This document shows, one piece after another, positions 14,891 to 23,452 of a stretch of DNA of 64,000 nucleotides (position 1 is the stretch's first letter; every line of letters starts with the position of its first letter). The stretch is from the NCBI GenBank assembly GCA_964282835.1, contig OZ196157.1, positions 60,600 to 124,599 on the forward strand, given 5' to 3'. The notes below the pieces were generated by a model. It searched no databases. It saw nothing but the letters and a program-made list of their open reading frames with translations, and had not been told where the DNA came from. A program made the translations under genes and the position numbers. This DNA comes from an uncultured Granulicella sp. (GTDB lineage Bacteria; Acidobacteriota; Terriglobia; Terriglobales; Acidobacteriaceae).

Positions 14891-17017
14891 ATGCGAGCTT
14901 TACTCCGTTCGACTCTCTTCTCTGCAGTCTCCTGTGCGGCTCTACTGCTTTCCGGCTGCTCGAACAGTTTCGACCCCACGCAGGGCGATAACCCGGAAAC
15001 ATCGACCATGAGCATGCAGGGCGAAGTGTTTGGCGGCTTCTTTCCCGTAAGCGGTGCCCGCGTATTCCTTTTCTCGCCCGGCACAAGCGGCGTGGGCGGC
15101 GCGTCGACCTCGCTGATCAGCGCAAGCACGACCGGATCCGCGATCGACAGCACGAGCGGCTCGATTACGTATGGCGCACGCTATGTGCTGACGGACTCCA
15201 AGGGCGGGTTCACCTTCACGTCGACCTGCACGTCGGGTCGCTACGTTTACCTCTATGCCTCGGGCGGCGTGGCCACCACGGGCGGCGCGAATAATCCCCA
15301 GATCGGCCTGATGTCGGTCGTCGGCGAGTGCCCGGGTACGGACACAGTCGACGCGACGCCCTATGTCCGCATCACGGAAAACACGACGGTGGCGGCAGCC
15401 TATGCGCTGGCCGGTTTTGCGACCGACCCGGGCCACATCAGCTATACCGGCACCTCGCTCGGCCTGGTGGGGCTTGGCAATGCGTTCGGCACGGCGACCA
15501 ATCTGTTCAACCAGCTGGTGGCGGTGGACAGCGCCTCATCTATCAACGGGTTCCCCGCCGTTACGACCACCCCGAGCAGCACGGGCACGATCCCGCAGAC
15601 GCTGCTGAATACGTTGTCGAACATCCTGGTGGCGTGCGTCAACTCAGGCAACAGCGCTTCTGCGACGACTACGGGCTGCGACAACCTGCGGAAGTATGCC
15701 ACCAGCGATGGCGCGGTCGGCACGGGGTCGACGGCTCCTGCCACAGGCAGCTTTAGTGCGGACGCACCGGCCGATACGGCCACGGCGATGATCAATATCG
15801 CGCACCATCCGTTCGCGAATCTCACGAGTCTCTTTAACCTGCAGGGTACCGGCGCCGGCGAGGTGTACAAACCGGCTCTCGGGGCCGCACCCACGAGCTT
15901 TATGGTCGAGGTAAGTTATACGGGCGGCGGGGTGAGCTCCGACACGGCCCAGACCAACAATCACCGCATCGCCATCGACGGCGTGGGGAACGTCTGGTTC
16001 CCAAATACGTTTAACTCAAATGTCAGCAAGTTCAGCCCCCTGGGCATCCCGCTTTCGGGCAACAATGGTTTTACATCGACGAACGGCAGCTGCCCACTTG
16101 GCGGTCCTGGCGGCAGCGGCTCCAGCACCTATGTCGGCCCGATCGCCATCGATCTTTCCGGCAATGCCTGGATCGGGTTTACCGACGCTTCAAATTCCAT
16201 CTGCGAACTCGATCCGACAGGGGGCACAGTCTTCGCGTCATCGCCGGGCGCCGCAGACGGGACTCAAAACTATTTTGGAGTGATCGATATTGCCTTCGAC
16301 TCGGCAGGAAATGCCTGGGCGGCCGACAGCGCCGCCAACTCAGAGAGCGGCGCGCTCTACGAATACAGTGGTACAAACCACACGCTGCTGGTCACGGAAA
16401 ATGGCAACAGCCAAGCGATTTCCTACGGGGTGGCCATTGACGCGCCCAACTCGAACTCGGGACATACGGGTGATATCTGGGTTGCGGATGCCGCTGCAAC
16501 TTACGACAGTGTTTTCAACGCCACAGGCGGCACGGCAAGCTTTTCTCCTGCGTCGGCGGGATCCATTTCCTATTCGACGGGACTCGCCATCGACGCCAGC
16601 GGCAACGTGTGGAATATGTCATCCAGCAGTAACTTTCCCGTTGGAGGGTATCTCAGTAAGACGAACGCGACGGGAACCTCGGGGACGTCCTACACGTTTC
16701 CTTCGATCGACAACGGATTCGCAATCGCGATTGATGGCGCGGGGAATATCTGGATCAGCAACGATGACGAGGGGAACTACATCGATATCGCGGAAGTGAG
16801 CAATAGCGGAGCCTTGCTCACGCCCGCCGCCGGCTTTATTCCTTCCGGTCCGGCAACAGTGGGGGGAGCCCGCTCGCTCGCCATCGACGGCTCCGGGAAT
16901 GTCTGGTATCCGATGGCAGGCGTTGCCCAGTTGAGAGAGTTGGTGGGTGCCGCCGTTCCGGTCGCGACTCCCATTGCCTACGGGACGGCGAACAACAAAC
17001 TAGGTGCGCGGCCGTAA
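14891..17017 (+). CDS. NHL-repeat beta-propeller lipoprotein (paralogue B)
   Basis: The ATG at 14891 gives MRALLRSTLFSAVSCAALLLSGCS (signal peptide plus lipobox); the longer listed ORF from 14822 would abut the divergent gene. Blades GNVWFPN, GNAWIGF, GNAWAADS, GDIWVADA, GNVWNMSS, GNIWISNDD, GNVWYPMAG. The central segment is collinear with paralogue A. Confidence 0.75.
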   Translation: MRALLRSTLFSAVSCAALLLSGCSNSFDPTQGDNPETSTMSMQGEVFGGFFPVSGARVFLFSPGTSGVGGASTSLISASTTGSAIDSTSGSITYGARYVLTDSKGGFTFTSTCTSGRYVYLYASGGVATTGGANNPQIGLMSVVGECPGTDTVDATPYVRITENTTVAAAYALAGFATDPGHISYTGTSLGLVGLGNAFGTATNLFNQLVAVDSASSINGFPAVTTTPSSTGTIPQTLLNTLSNILVACVNSGNSASATTTGCDNLRKYATSDGAVGTGSTAPATGSFSADAPADTATAMINIAHHPFANLTSLFNLQGTGAGEVYKPALGAAPTSFMVEVSYTGGGVSSDTAQTNNHRIAIDGVGNVWFPNTFNSNVSKFSPLGIPLSGNNGFTSTNGSCPLGGPGGSGSSTYVGPIAIDLSGNAWIGFTDASNSICELDPTGGTVFASSPGAADGTQNYFGVIDIAFDSAGNAWAADSAANSESGALYEYSGTNHTLLVTENGNSQAISYGVAIDAPNSNSGHTGDIWVADAAATYDSVFNATGGTASFSPASAGSISYSTGLAIDASGNVWNMSSSSNFPVGGYLSKTNATGTSGTSYTFPSIDNGFAIAIDGAGNIWISNDDEGNYIDIAEVSNSGALLTPAAGFIPSGPATVGGARSLAIDGSGNVWYPMAGVAQLRELVGAAVPVATPIAYGTANNKLGARP

Positions 17018-17037
17018 ACGCTTTCGAGCCAAGGAAA

Positions 17038-17058
17038 TGGCCCCTAGTCTGGGGGCCA
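17038..17058. terminator. Hairpin between convergent genes (possible bidirectional terminator)
   Basis: TGGCCCC-tagtctg-GGGGCCA forms a 7-bp stem in the 70-nt gap between the NHL gene stop (17017) and the tail-collar gene stop (17088). There is no strong U-tract. Confidence 0.35.
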
Positions 17059-17087
17059 CTCCGTTGGACAAATGGCAGCACGGGCGT

Positions 17088-17639
17088 TTACTGGCGCGGT
17101 GGGAAGAGGCCCTGAACGGCAATGCAATACTGCAAGGCCAGATAGGGTGACTGGTTGCTATGTGGTTGGCTGCCGCCTGCCACTCCGGCTTCTGCGGCGG
17201 CCATGGTGACGGCGCTGGAGGATTGAGTAGCCGGGCTGGCATAGACCGGAGGAGCGGGCTGGCGGATTCCTGTGCTCGGCCCAGCGGAAAGATATGACGT
17301 GGGCGAGGGTAGCGTATTGGGAACACCCGGGGACCCGGCGGGCATGGTGTGGACGTGAGCGGGCATCTGCTGGAGCGTGAGCGTCACATTCGTGGTGCCG
17401 ACCGTGACTCCCATTGGGTAATTGGAACCCCCGGTCAGTTGTCCCTGGCCGAGCGCGGCGGCGCCGCTCAGGTTTGGCAGGGCGAAGGTCGTTCTGCCGT
17501 CTCCTCCGAACTGAGTGCCGAGCAAGGAATACAAGGCTGAAAATTGCGAAATGGCCATGACCGCGCCGTTGCAGGCGGCCCAGCCTTGCGGCACGAAAGT
17601 ACAGGCGAACAAACGAATTTCTCCAAGGAACGGATCCAT
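17088..17639 (-). CDS. Phage tail-collar domain protein (MdpB-like), copy 3 of 3
   Basis: MDPFLGEIRLFACTFVPQGWAACNG...FSALYSLLGTQFGGDGRTTFALPNLSG and the C-terminal GGSQPHSNQSPYLALQYCIAVQGLFP match the collar-domain signature. Confidence 0.8.
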   Translation of the reverse strand: MDPFLGEIRLFACTFVPQGWAACNGAVMAISQFSALYSLLGTQFGGDGRTTFALPNLSGAAALGQGQLTGGSNYPMGVTVGTTNVTLTLQQMPAHVHTMPAGSPGVPNTLPSPTSYLSAGPSTGIRQPAPPVYASPATQSSSAVTMAAAEAGVAGGSQPHSNQSPYLALQYCIAVQGLFPPRQ

Positions 17640-17662
17640 CTGGAACTCCTTACCTTCTCGGT

Positions 17663-18181
17663 TTAGTTGCGGGTGGGAAAGATGCCGACGATCGCAATGC
17701 AGTATTGCACCGCAAGGTACGGCTGGAGATTCGAGTGGGGCTGGCTGCCACCTGAACTCGAAGAGCCGCTGTCGAGCATGGTGTTGGCCGAGGTGGCATA
17801 GAGTGGGTAGGTCGACGGCGCCGCCGGGTAATTAGCCTGCGGCGAGCCGGTGAGATTGGTCGTCGTGGACTGATTCGACGCCGCCACGGGATGATTGTGC
17901 ATGGGAATTTGCGTGGTCAGGAGGGTTACATTCTCTGTGCCCGCCTGCTGCCCCGGCGTGTAGTTGCCCCACGCGGAGTTCCCCGTGCCGACAGGAACCC
18001 GGCCCTGCAGGTTGGGAAGTCCGAAGGTGGTCGAGCCATTGCCGCCGTAGGTGGTTCCGAGCAGCGAAAACAAAGCCTGATACTGGTTGACCGCAAGCAG
18101 TTGACCGTTGCACGGCAGCCAGCCTTTGGGCACGAGGCCGAAGGCGAATACCGAGATCTGACTCATATAAGGTGTGCTCAT
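17663..18181 (-). CDS. Phage tail-collar domain protein (MdpB-like), copy 2 of 3
   Basis: ISVFAFGLVPKGWLPCNGQLLAVNQYQALFSLLGTTYGGNGSTTFGLPNLQG and GGSQPHSNLQPYLAVQYCIAIVGIFP. Lies 23 nt upstream of copy 3. Confidence 0.8.
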   Translation of the reverse strand: MSTPYMSQISVFAFGLVPKGWLPCNGQLLAVNQYQALFSLLGTTYGGNGSTTFGLPNLQGRVPVGTGNSAWGNYTPGQQAGTENVTLLTTQIPMHNHPVAASNQSTTTNLTGSPQANYPAAPSTYPLYATSANTMLDSGSSSSGGSQPHSNLQPYLAVQYCIAIVGIFPTRN

Positions 18182-18192
18182 GGTGTCTTCTC

Positions 18193-18702
18193 CTAGCCTT
18201 GGCTCGGGTAAATGCCCACGAGGGCAATGATGTAGTTGACTACAAGCGAGGGCATGCGATTCTCATGCGCCTGGTTTCCACCGACGGGGGTAAGCAGCGG
18301 CGCGGTGATGAGCGTGCCGGAGGGGCCGAACTGCGCCAGGCTCGACGCGCTGAAGACATTGCCGGCCGGACTCTGTTGCCCTCCCATGGCGTTTTGCGCC
18401 GCGATGGTGTGATTGTGCGACGGCAGCTGCGAGGAGCTCAGCGTAACGGACTCCGAGCCCGCGGCCTGACCCGCATAGTAAGGAGAAAGCCCCGGGCCAT
18501 TCCCGGCGTTGACGGCCATACGGCCATTCAGGTTAGGAAGGGCGAAGGTTTGGACGCCATCGCCCCCGTAGGTGGTCCCGATGAGGTTGAACAAGGTCGC
18601 ATATTGATCGATGGGAAGAAATTGTCCGTTGCACAAGGCCCACCCCGGGGGTGGGAAGTTAAAGCCGGCGGCACGTATTTCGCCGATGAATGGATCTGCC
18701 AT
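18193..18702 (-). CDS. Phage tail-collar domain protein (MdpB-like), copy 1 of 3
   Basis: MADPFIGEIRAAGFNFPPPGWALCNGQFLPIDQYATLFNLIGTTYGGDGVQTFALPNLNG and GGNQAHENRMPSLVVNYIIALVGIYP. AGGAGA precedes the ATG. Lies 11 nt upstream of copy 2. Confidence 0.8.
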   Translation of the reverse strand: MADPFIGEIRAAGFNFPPPGWALCNGQFLPIDQYATLFNLIGTTYGGDGVQTFALPNLNGRMAVNAGNGPGLSPYYAGQAAGSESVTLSSSQLPSHNHTIAAQNAMGGQQSPAGNVFSASSLAQFGPSGTLITAPLLTPVGGNQAHENRMPSLVVNYIIALVGIYPSQG

Positions 18703-18865
18703 GAAACTCTCCTGTATTTCTCTGGATTAGGTACAAAGAGCCCTGCCCGCATCTCTGTCGTACGGGTAAGAGACTGCTCTACAAAGTGAACCAAGCTGAG
18801 AGAGAAACGACGCTGCGGCCAAGCTTACACACCCACCGAACAAGTCGGCCAGCAAATTCGCGTCA

Positions 18866-19384
18866 CTACTCGGAGCGGCCCTGGCGGTTTGGCTTTCGCG
18901 TCCAATGCATGGTGATGCTGTGACCATCGCCTCCCGTGAGGGTGAAACCCATGCGCGCGTAAAGCCGTTGAGCAGGGTTATCGACTCGGACGGAGAGCGT
19001 GACATCCAGTTGCTGCGCGCCGGCTTGCTCGCACACACCTTGCAGCAGGAATGTGCCAATGCCCATTCCGCGATACGCTGTAAGCAAAGCGACGTCAACG
19101 ATATGCAACGCGGCGAGATCCCGTGCGACGAGCAGCCGGCCGACACACCGATCTCCACGCAAAACAATGTTGTCGACCGCGTCGGGGAACTGGATGGCGT
19201 AGCCCCTGCTTTGGGCTCGATGCTGCATCCTGAGTATCTGGGTAAGCGCAGAGGACGGAAGAGCGAGCGGCGCAAACTCAGCGCCGCGCGCCTCCTCAAA
19301 GAGCGTGTAAAGGAAAGAGCCGTCTTCGACCGTCGCGGGCCGGAGAGAGATCGTCAAGGAAGCATGTAGTTGGGAAAGGTTCAC
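18866..19384 (-). CDS. GNAT-family N-acetyltransferase
   Basis: LLTAYRGMGIGTFLLQGVCEQA (acetyl-CoA pocket R-x-x-G-x-G) and VDNPAQRLYARMGF. The GTG start overlaps the stop of the upstream pseudogene frame (GTGA). Confidence 0.75.
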   Translation of the reverse strand: MNLSQLHASLTISLRPATVEDGSFLYTLFEEARGAEFAPLALPSSALTQILRMQHRAQSRGYAIQFPDAVDNIVLRGDRCVGRLLVARDLAALHIVDVALLTAYRGMGIGTFLLQGVCEQAGAQQLDVTLSVRVDNPAQRLYARMGFTLTGGDGHSITMHWTRKPNRQGRSE

Positions 19385-20366
19385 GCGACATAGCTCCTGT
19401 GACTTTGACTCGACATTGCGCGGAATGAAGTCCTGACCGGCTTGCTACTGCCGGTCGAGACCTGCTGGGTAAACGTGCCGGCGGCCGTGAGCTCGGTGAT
19501 CGAGCTGTTGCCGGAGTTGGCGTCCAGATGTTGCCGGGCACGTCGATGGCTGCCGGCGCGCTGATGGTGCCGTTGCCCGCAAACGGCGAGCCGGTGTAGG
19601 GCGAACGTAACTGTTGAACGCGGAACCGAGCTGCCGCCGGCGTTGGCGACCCAGGCATTGCCGCCCTGGTCGATCGCGACCGCGGCCGGCGCATTCAGGC
19701 CGTTTCCCGTAAATGGCGAGTCGAAAGCGGCTTGCCCATCTGCGTGAGCACCGAGACCGAGTTGCCGCTTGAGTTCGCCACCCAGATATTGCCGGCGGCG
19801 TCGACCGTGGTCGAGGCAGGCTTGCTGAAGCCGGCTGCGGAGTAGGTAATGGCGAGCATCCAGTCGGCTGGTGCGGAAGTCAGCTGCGGCGCGAAGGGCG
19901 CCGACGGCGTGGTCGTGTTGTAGATCGCCGCCACGTTTAGGATCGGGTTATGCGCGATGCTGAGCGCGCCTGCACGGTGTCGGTTGGCGCCGTGCCGCCA
20001 GCTGAGGTCGCCAGGCTGAACAGCGTCCCGCATGCGGTGGAGTCGCCGGCGGTGCCGCCGGTCGAGTTGATGCACGCCGCAAGAATGTCTGCCAGGGTCA
20101 CAATCTCGCTCACAGGCCCGACTGCGCCCGCCGGAAGCGCGCTGCCCATAGCCGCGCCCGTCCCCACGTTGACCAGCTTGTTTACCGACGCGAACGCGTG
20201 CGTCAGCCCGGTCGTGTTGGCCGCAGACGAGCCCAGGGCGGCGATGCTGCTCATAAACGGTGCGCGCGCGAACACGCTGCCAACCGTCGTAATCTCGTTC
20301 ATGCCTAAGCATGGGGTTTTCAGCACCTGACAACCTTTGCAATTACCCGTCTCGAGATCAATGTTT
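19381..20366 (-). pseudogene. 5'-truncated, multiply frameshifted NHL-lipoprotein paralogue (paralogue C)
   Basis: Collinear with paralogues A and B but split over at least four frames: GNCKGCQVLKTPCLGMNEITTVGSVFARAPF...NTTGLTHAFASVNKL...ACINSTGGTAGDSTACGTLF / ..ADWMLAITYSAAGFSKPASTTVDAAGNIWVANSSGNSVSVL / SPFTGNGLNAPAAVAIDQGGNAWVANAGGSS / GNIW..ANSGNSSITELTAAGTF. The signal peptide and N-terminal domain are missing. Confidence 0.7.
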
Positions 20367-20439
20367 GGCTAACGATTGGGTTGCGGAGACGCCACCTAGC
20401 TCTGACTCCAGCCGCTTAGAGTACTTAAAGTTCAATTCT

Positions 20440-22110
20440 TGAGCTTCCGCTCCTAGTGAACACGGGCAGGAGAACATCCAGTTCGTGCTCATGCATCTGA
20501 ATTTGCTTCATCAAGGGGAAGTCAGCATCGGCATCCTTCCAGATGCTTTCGACTTCTTTAACGCTTTCCTGGCTTCAGCAGGCTTGCCCATGAGCTGGAG
20601 TGATCGACCTGACTCCATTTGTGACAGCACAATATAGGGGAGACTCCGGCGCGATGGCACGATTTTCGATCACTCGCTCGAATTCTTGGCTGGCATCCGC
20701 GAGCCTTCCGGCCTCAAGATAGGCCATGCCCCGAAAATACGCAGGTGCAAGCGCCATGGCGGCGCAGAAATCGAGGGGACGCGCGGCCTCGAGCAAACGA
20801 ACGGCCCCGTCCCGGTCGTCATGTTTCAGCTGAATCGCTGCTCGCGCCGAAGCTAGAACGACGGTATCCGAATGGTATCTGACGGAGATTCCGCCGCCAC
20901 ACTGGAGGCCTCTGACTCAGCACGCTCCGTATCACGCAGACGCGCCAAGATCAAGGCTGCAAAGGCGCGGACGTTGGTACTGGCTGGATCCAGTTGCAGA
21001 CCCTTCAAGGCATCCTCTCTTGCTTCTCGCGGAAATCCGAAATTGAACTCCAGTTCGGCCTCACCTATACTCATCTCCGCTGCAAGCTCGAGGAGATGGT
21101 TTCCCATCGCCATCTGGATGACTTCGGCGAACAGGCGACGAGCCTCGCCGACTTGCCCCTCGTCGAACTTCACAATGGCATAGCTTTTCAGCAGGATAGT
21201 ACCTTCAGGGTTCTCGTGTGCCATTGCAACTGCTGCTGCATGGAAGCGTCGTCCCGCTGTAGGATCGCTTCATCAAAGCAGGCAACATGAAACATGCTAA
21301 CGTCCGATTGCCATGCACGGGATCATGATAAAGAGCATGTAAGTCCGAAGTTCTTCCATCCATCAGGTAAGCCATCGCCAGAGTGGCGTAGCGCATCGGA
21401 GCCGATGGCTTCATCTCGAGTGCGGTGCGAGCCAGAGGGAGCGCCATGTCAGGTTTCCCAAGGGTCAGGTACCACGAGGCGAGATTGTTGACCGGAACAT
21501 CGTCGTGCGGATACAAGGAGTGCCAAAGCTTGTACGCATCGATGGAATACTGAATTGCCCCGGTCGCCGAGTAGTAGTGGCTCACAATGTCCAGCCGTTC
21601 ACGGTCCGTAGCTCGTTCGCGAAGGTCGAAGGCCTTCTGATAGTACTGGCGGCCGCGGGCGTGTTCCCTCGCGTGAGATAAATTGCGCCCAACCTCGCGT
21701 AGGCGAGAGTGAATTTGGGGTCGAGATCCGTCGCAAGTGTATAGCCAGCGATCGCCTGAGACTCCGCTCTACTCATGATTGCGAATGGGGCTGAAACGCA
21801 CATGAGAGTGACAATGGCTGAAGGCATCGCCCGCGTCGGAAAAAAGCGTGAGGGAATCTTTCGAAGAAGGAAGTGTCTGGCGGCGCTGCGATGCCGTCAG
21901 ACTCCTTGCGTTTGGCAACAGAATGTTCGCTCCCATCCAGTTCGCCGCTAAGGTGCACACGCCGCTCGTATCCCCGGCTCCATTCCCGCTTTCATCCGCA
22001 TCATCACCGGAGATTTGCATCAAGTCCACATGGCATTCTAGGTGTATTGGTGACGAAGGTAGCGCACGGAAAGTGGGCTAGAACAGCATCACTTTTAGTC
22101 GCCCTGTCCG
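20440..22110 (-). pseudogene. Decayed C-terminal region of a TPR-repeat (Ser/Thr-kinase-associated type) protein
   Basis: Consecutive fragments in different frames: VHLSGELDGSEHSV, TDLDPKFTLAYARLGAIYL, SHYYSATGAIQYSIDAYKLWHSLYPHDDVPVNNLASWYLTLGKPDMALPLARTALEMKP, GEARRLFAEVIQ, AYFRGMAYLEAGRLADASQEFERVIENRAI, IWKDADADFPLMKQ. The order matches the long TPR tail of acidobacterial kinase/TPR proteins. No kinase domain is present. Confidence 0.5.
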
Positions 22111-22313
22111 CTTTCGTGAAAGGGGCAGACACCTGCGCGGGCGTGGGAGTATCGGAGACGTATCCTGCAGCACTACCTTCTGCTGGCTTCGTATTGCTGC
22201 CGGGCGATTGCGTTACTTTTCCATGCCTGCTTGTAACGCTCTAGATCCCATCTGCGCCTCAGCCGCCATGCCTTGATCATGCAGCAGGGTTCCCTCGCCG
22301 AGAGGCGTTTCTC

Positions 22314-22694
22314 TCACATGGCATGGATCAATAGAAGACCGACGACAAGCATCACCGCGCAGGTCAGGCCATGAATCGAGAATGCTTTTGACTTCGACCC
22401 ACCGGACCCCAGAACAATTGACATATCGCCGAACGGGATGGTGGCAAAGGCGAGTAGTGCTATGCCTAGCGAACGCCTGTCTGATGTCAGCATCAATATC
22501 AGCACAACCAATCCACATCCGACGTCTCGAATTCCTTTGAGACGTAGCCAAGCCCGAGTGTCAGCATTGGGTGAAGGTGGCTTGAGACCAAATGATCCTA
22601 CTACTCGTTCAGGGAAGGCAAGGTAAGAACAACCGAGGGCAGTGACCGCCACAGCGATCAGACCAGCTATAGCCAGCGAAATAGCATTATGCAT
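22314..22694 (-). CDS. DUF4267-like small membrane protein
   Basis: Start taken at MHNAISLAIAGLIAV; the longer ORF would run into the divergent TetR gene. LKGIRDVGCGLVVLILML, IPFGDMSIVL and HGLTCAVMLVVGLLLI match the four-helix DUF4267 pattern. Confidence 0.55.
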   Translation of the reverse strand: MHNAISLAIAGLIAVAVTALGCSYLAFPERVVGSFGLKPPSPNADTRAWLRLKGIRDVGCGLVVLILMLTSDRRSLGIALLAFATIPFGDMSIVLGSGGSKSKAFSIHGLTCAVMLVVGLLLIHAM

Positions 22695-22797
22695 AGAGGA
22701 AACACCCATAGAGAATCTAGCAACGCTATTATGACGCGATCCATCTGGAAAGGATTCCGCAGCAGCGAAGAAAGCTAGCGGTGCTAAGCTTTTATCA

Positions 22798-23397
22798 ATG
22801 GCAACGAAACTGACGGTCAATCGAATTGCGGAACGGAAGCTGCGTGACAAGCAGGCCCGCCGGGCACAGATCATCGTCGCCGCGCGACAAATCGCGGCGC
22901 TTGAAGGCTGGCCCAGTGTGACCGTTCGGCGGCTAGCCGACGAAATCTCCTACAGTCAACCTGTCTTATACGCCCATTTTGGAAGCCGTGAGGGGATTCT
23001 CGCCGCGGTTGCTCTTGAGGGATTTCAGGAGCTGGGCCTGGCGATGGAGAAGGCACGGAAGCGTGCAAAGCGTGGGAATGCAGTCGAATTGATTGCGGCC
23101 GCATACCTAGAGTTCGCCGCGTCTTCACCCGCACTGTATGAGGTGATGTTCTCGCTCAGCCTGAGCCTACCCTTTGATGACGCGGCTACTCCCTCCGAGA
23201 TGCGATCTGCGTTTTCCCAACTCCTGGAGCTCTTCCAGGGGCAGGGTTCGAGGTCGGAGATTCTATCGGAACTATTTTGGGCAAGTCTCCACGGGATCGC
23301 CGAGCTCACAAGAACGAAGCGATTCCCGCGCAACCGCCAGAAAGAACGCGTGAAAGCGCTCGTCGAACTCTTCACTTTCCCAGAGAATCCAACATAA
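22798..23397 (+). CDS. TetR/AcrR-family transcriptional regulator
   Basis: N-terminal HTH IIVAARQIAALEGWPSVTVRRLADEISYSQPVLYAHFGSREG. Divergent from the DUF4267 gene. Confidence 0.8.
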   Translation: MATKLTVNRIAERKLRDKQARRAQIIVAARQIAALEGWPSVTVRRLADEISYSQPVLYAHFGSREGILAAVALEGFQELGLAMEKARKRAKRGNAVELIAAAYLEFAASSPALYEVMFSLSLSLPFDDAATPSEMRSAFSQLLELFQGQGSRSEILSELFWASLHGIAELTRTKRFPRNRQKERVKALVELFTFPENPT

Positions 23398-23452
23398 CAG
23401 GTTCCACTCTAGTGATGAGGTGAGCCGGCGTTTTGTCCCGCCGGCCCCACAT

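Noticed and set aside
17088-18702. Reading the tail-collar triplet as part of a prophage, tailocin, eCIS or T6SS.
   Set aside because: No sheath, tube, baseplate, spike, tape-measure, capsid, terminase, lysis or AAA+ recycling gene is visible anywhere in the 64 kb. Only the collar fold itself is phage-like.
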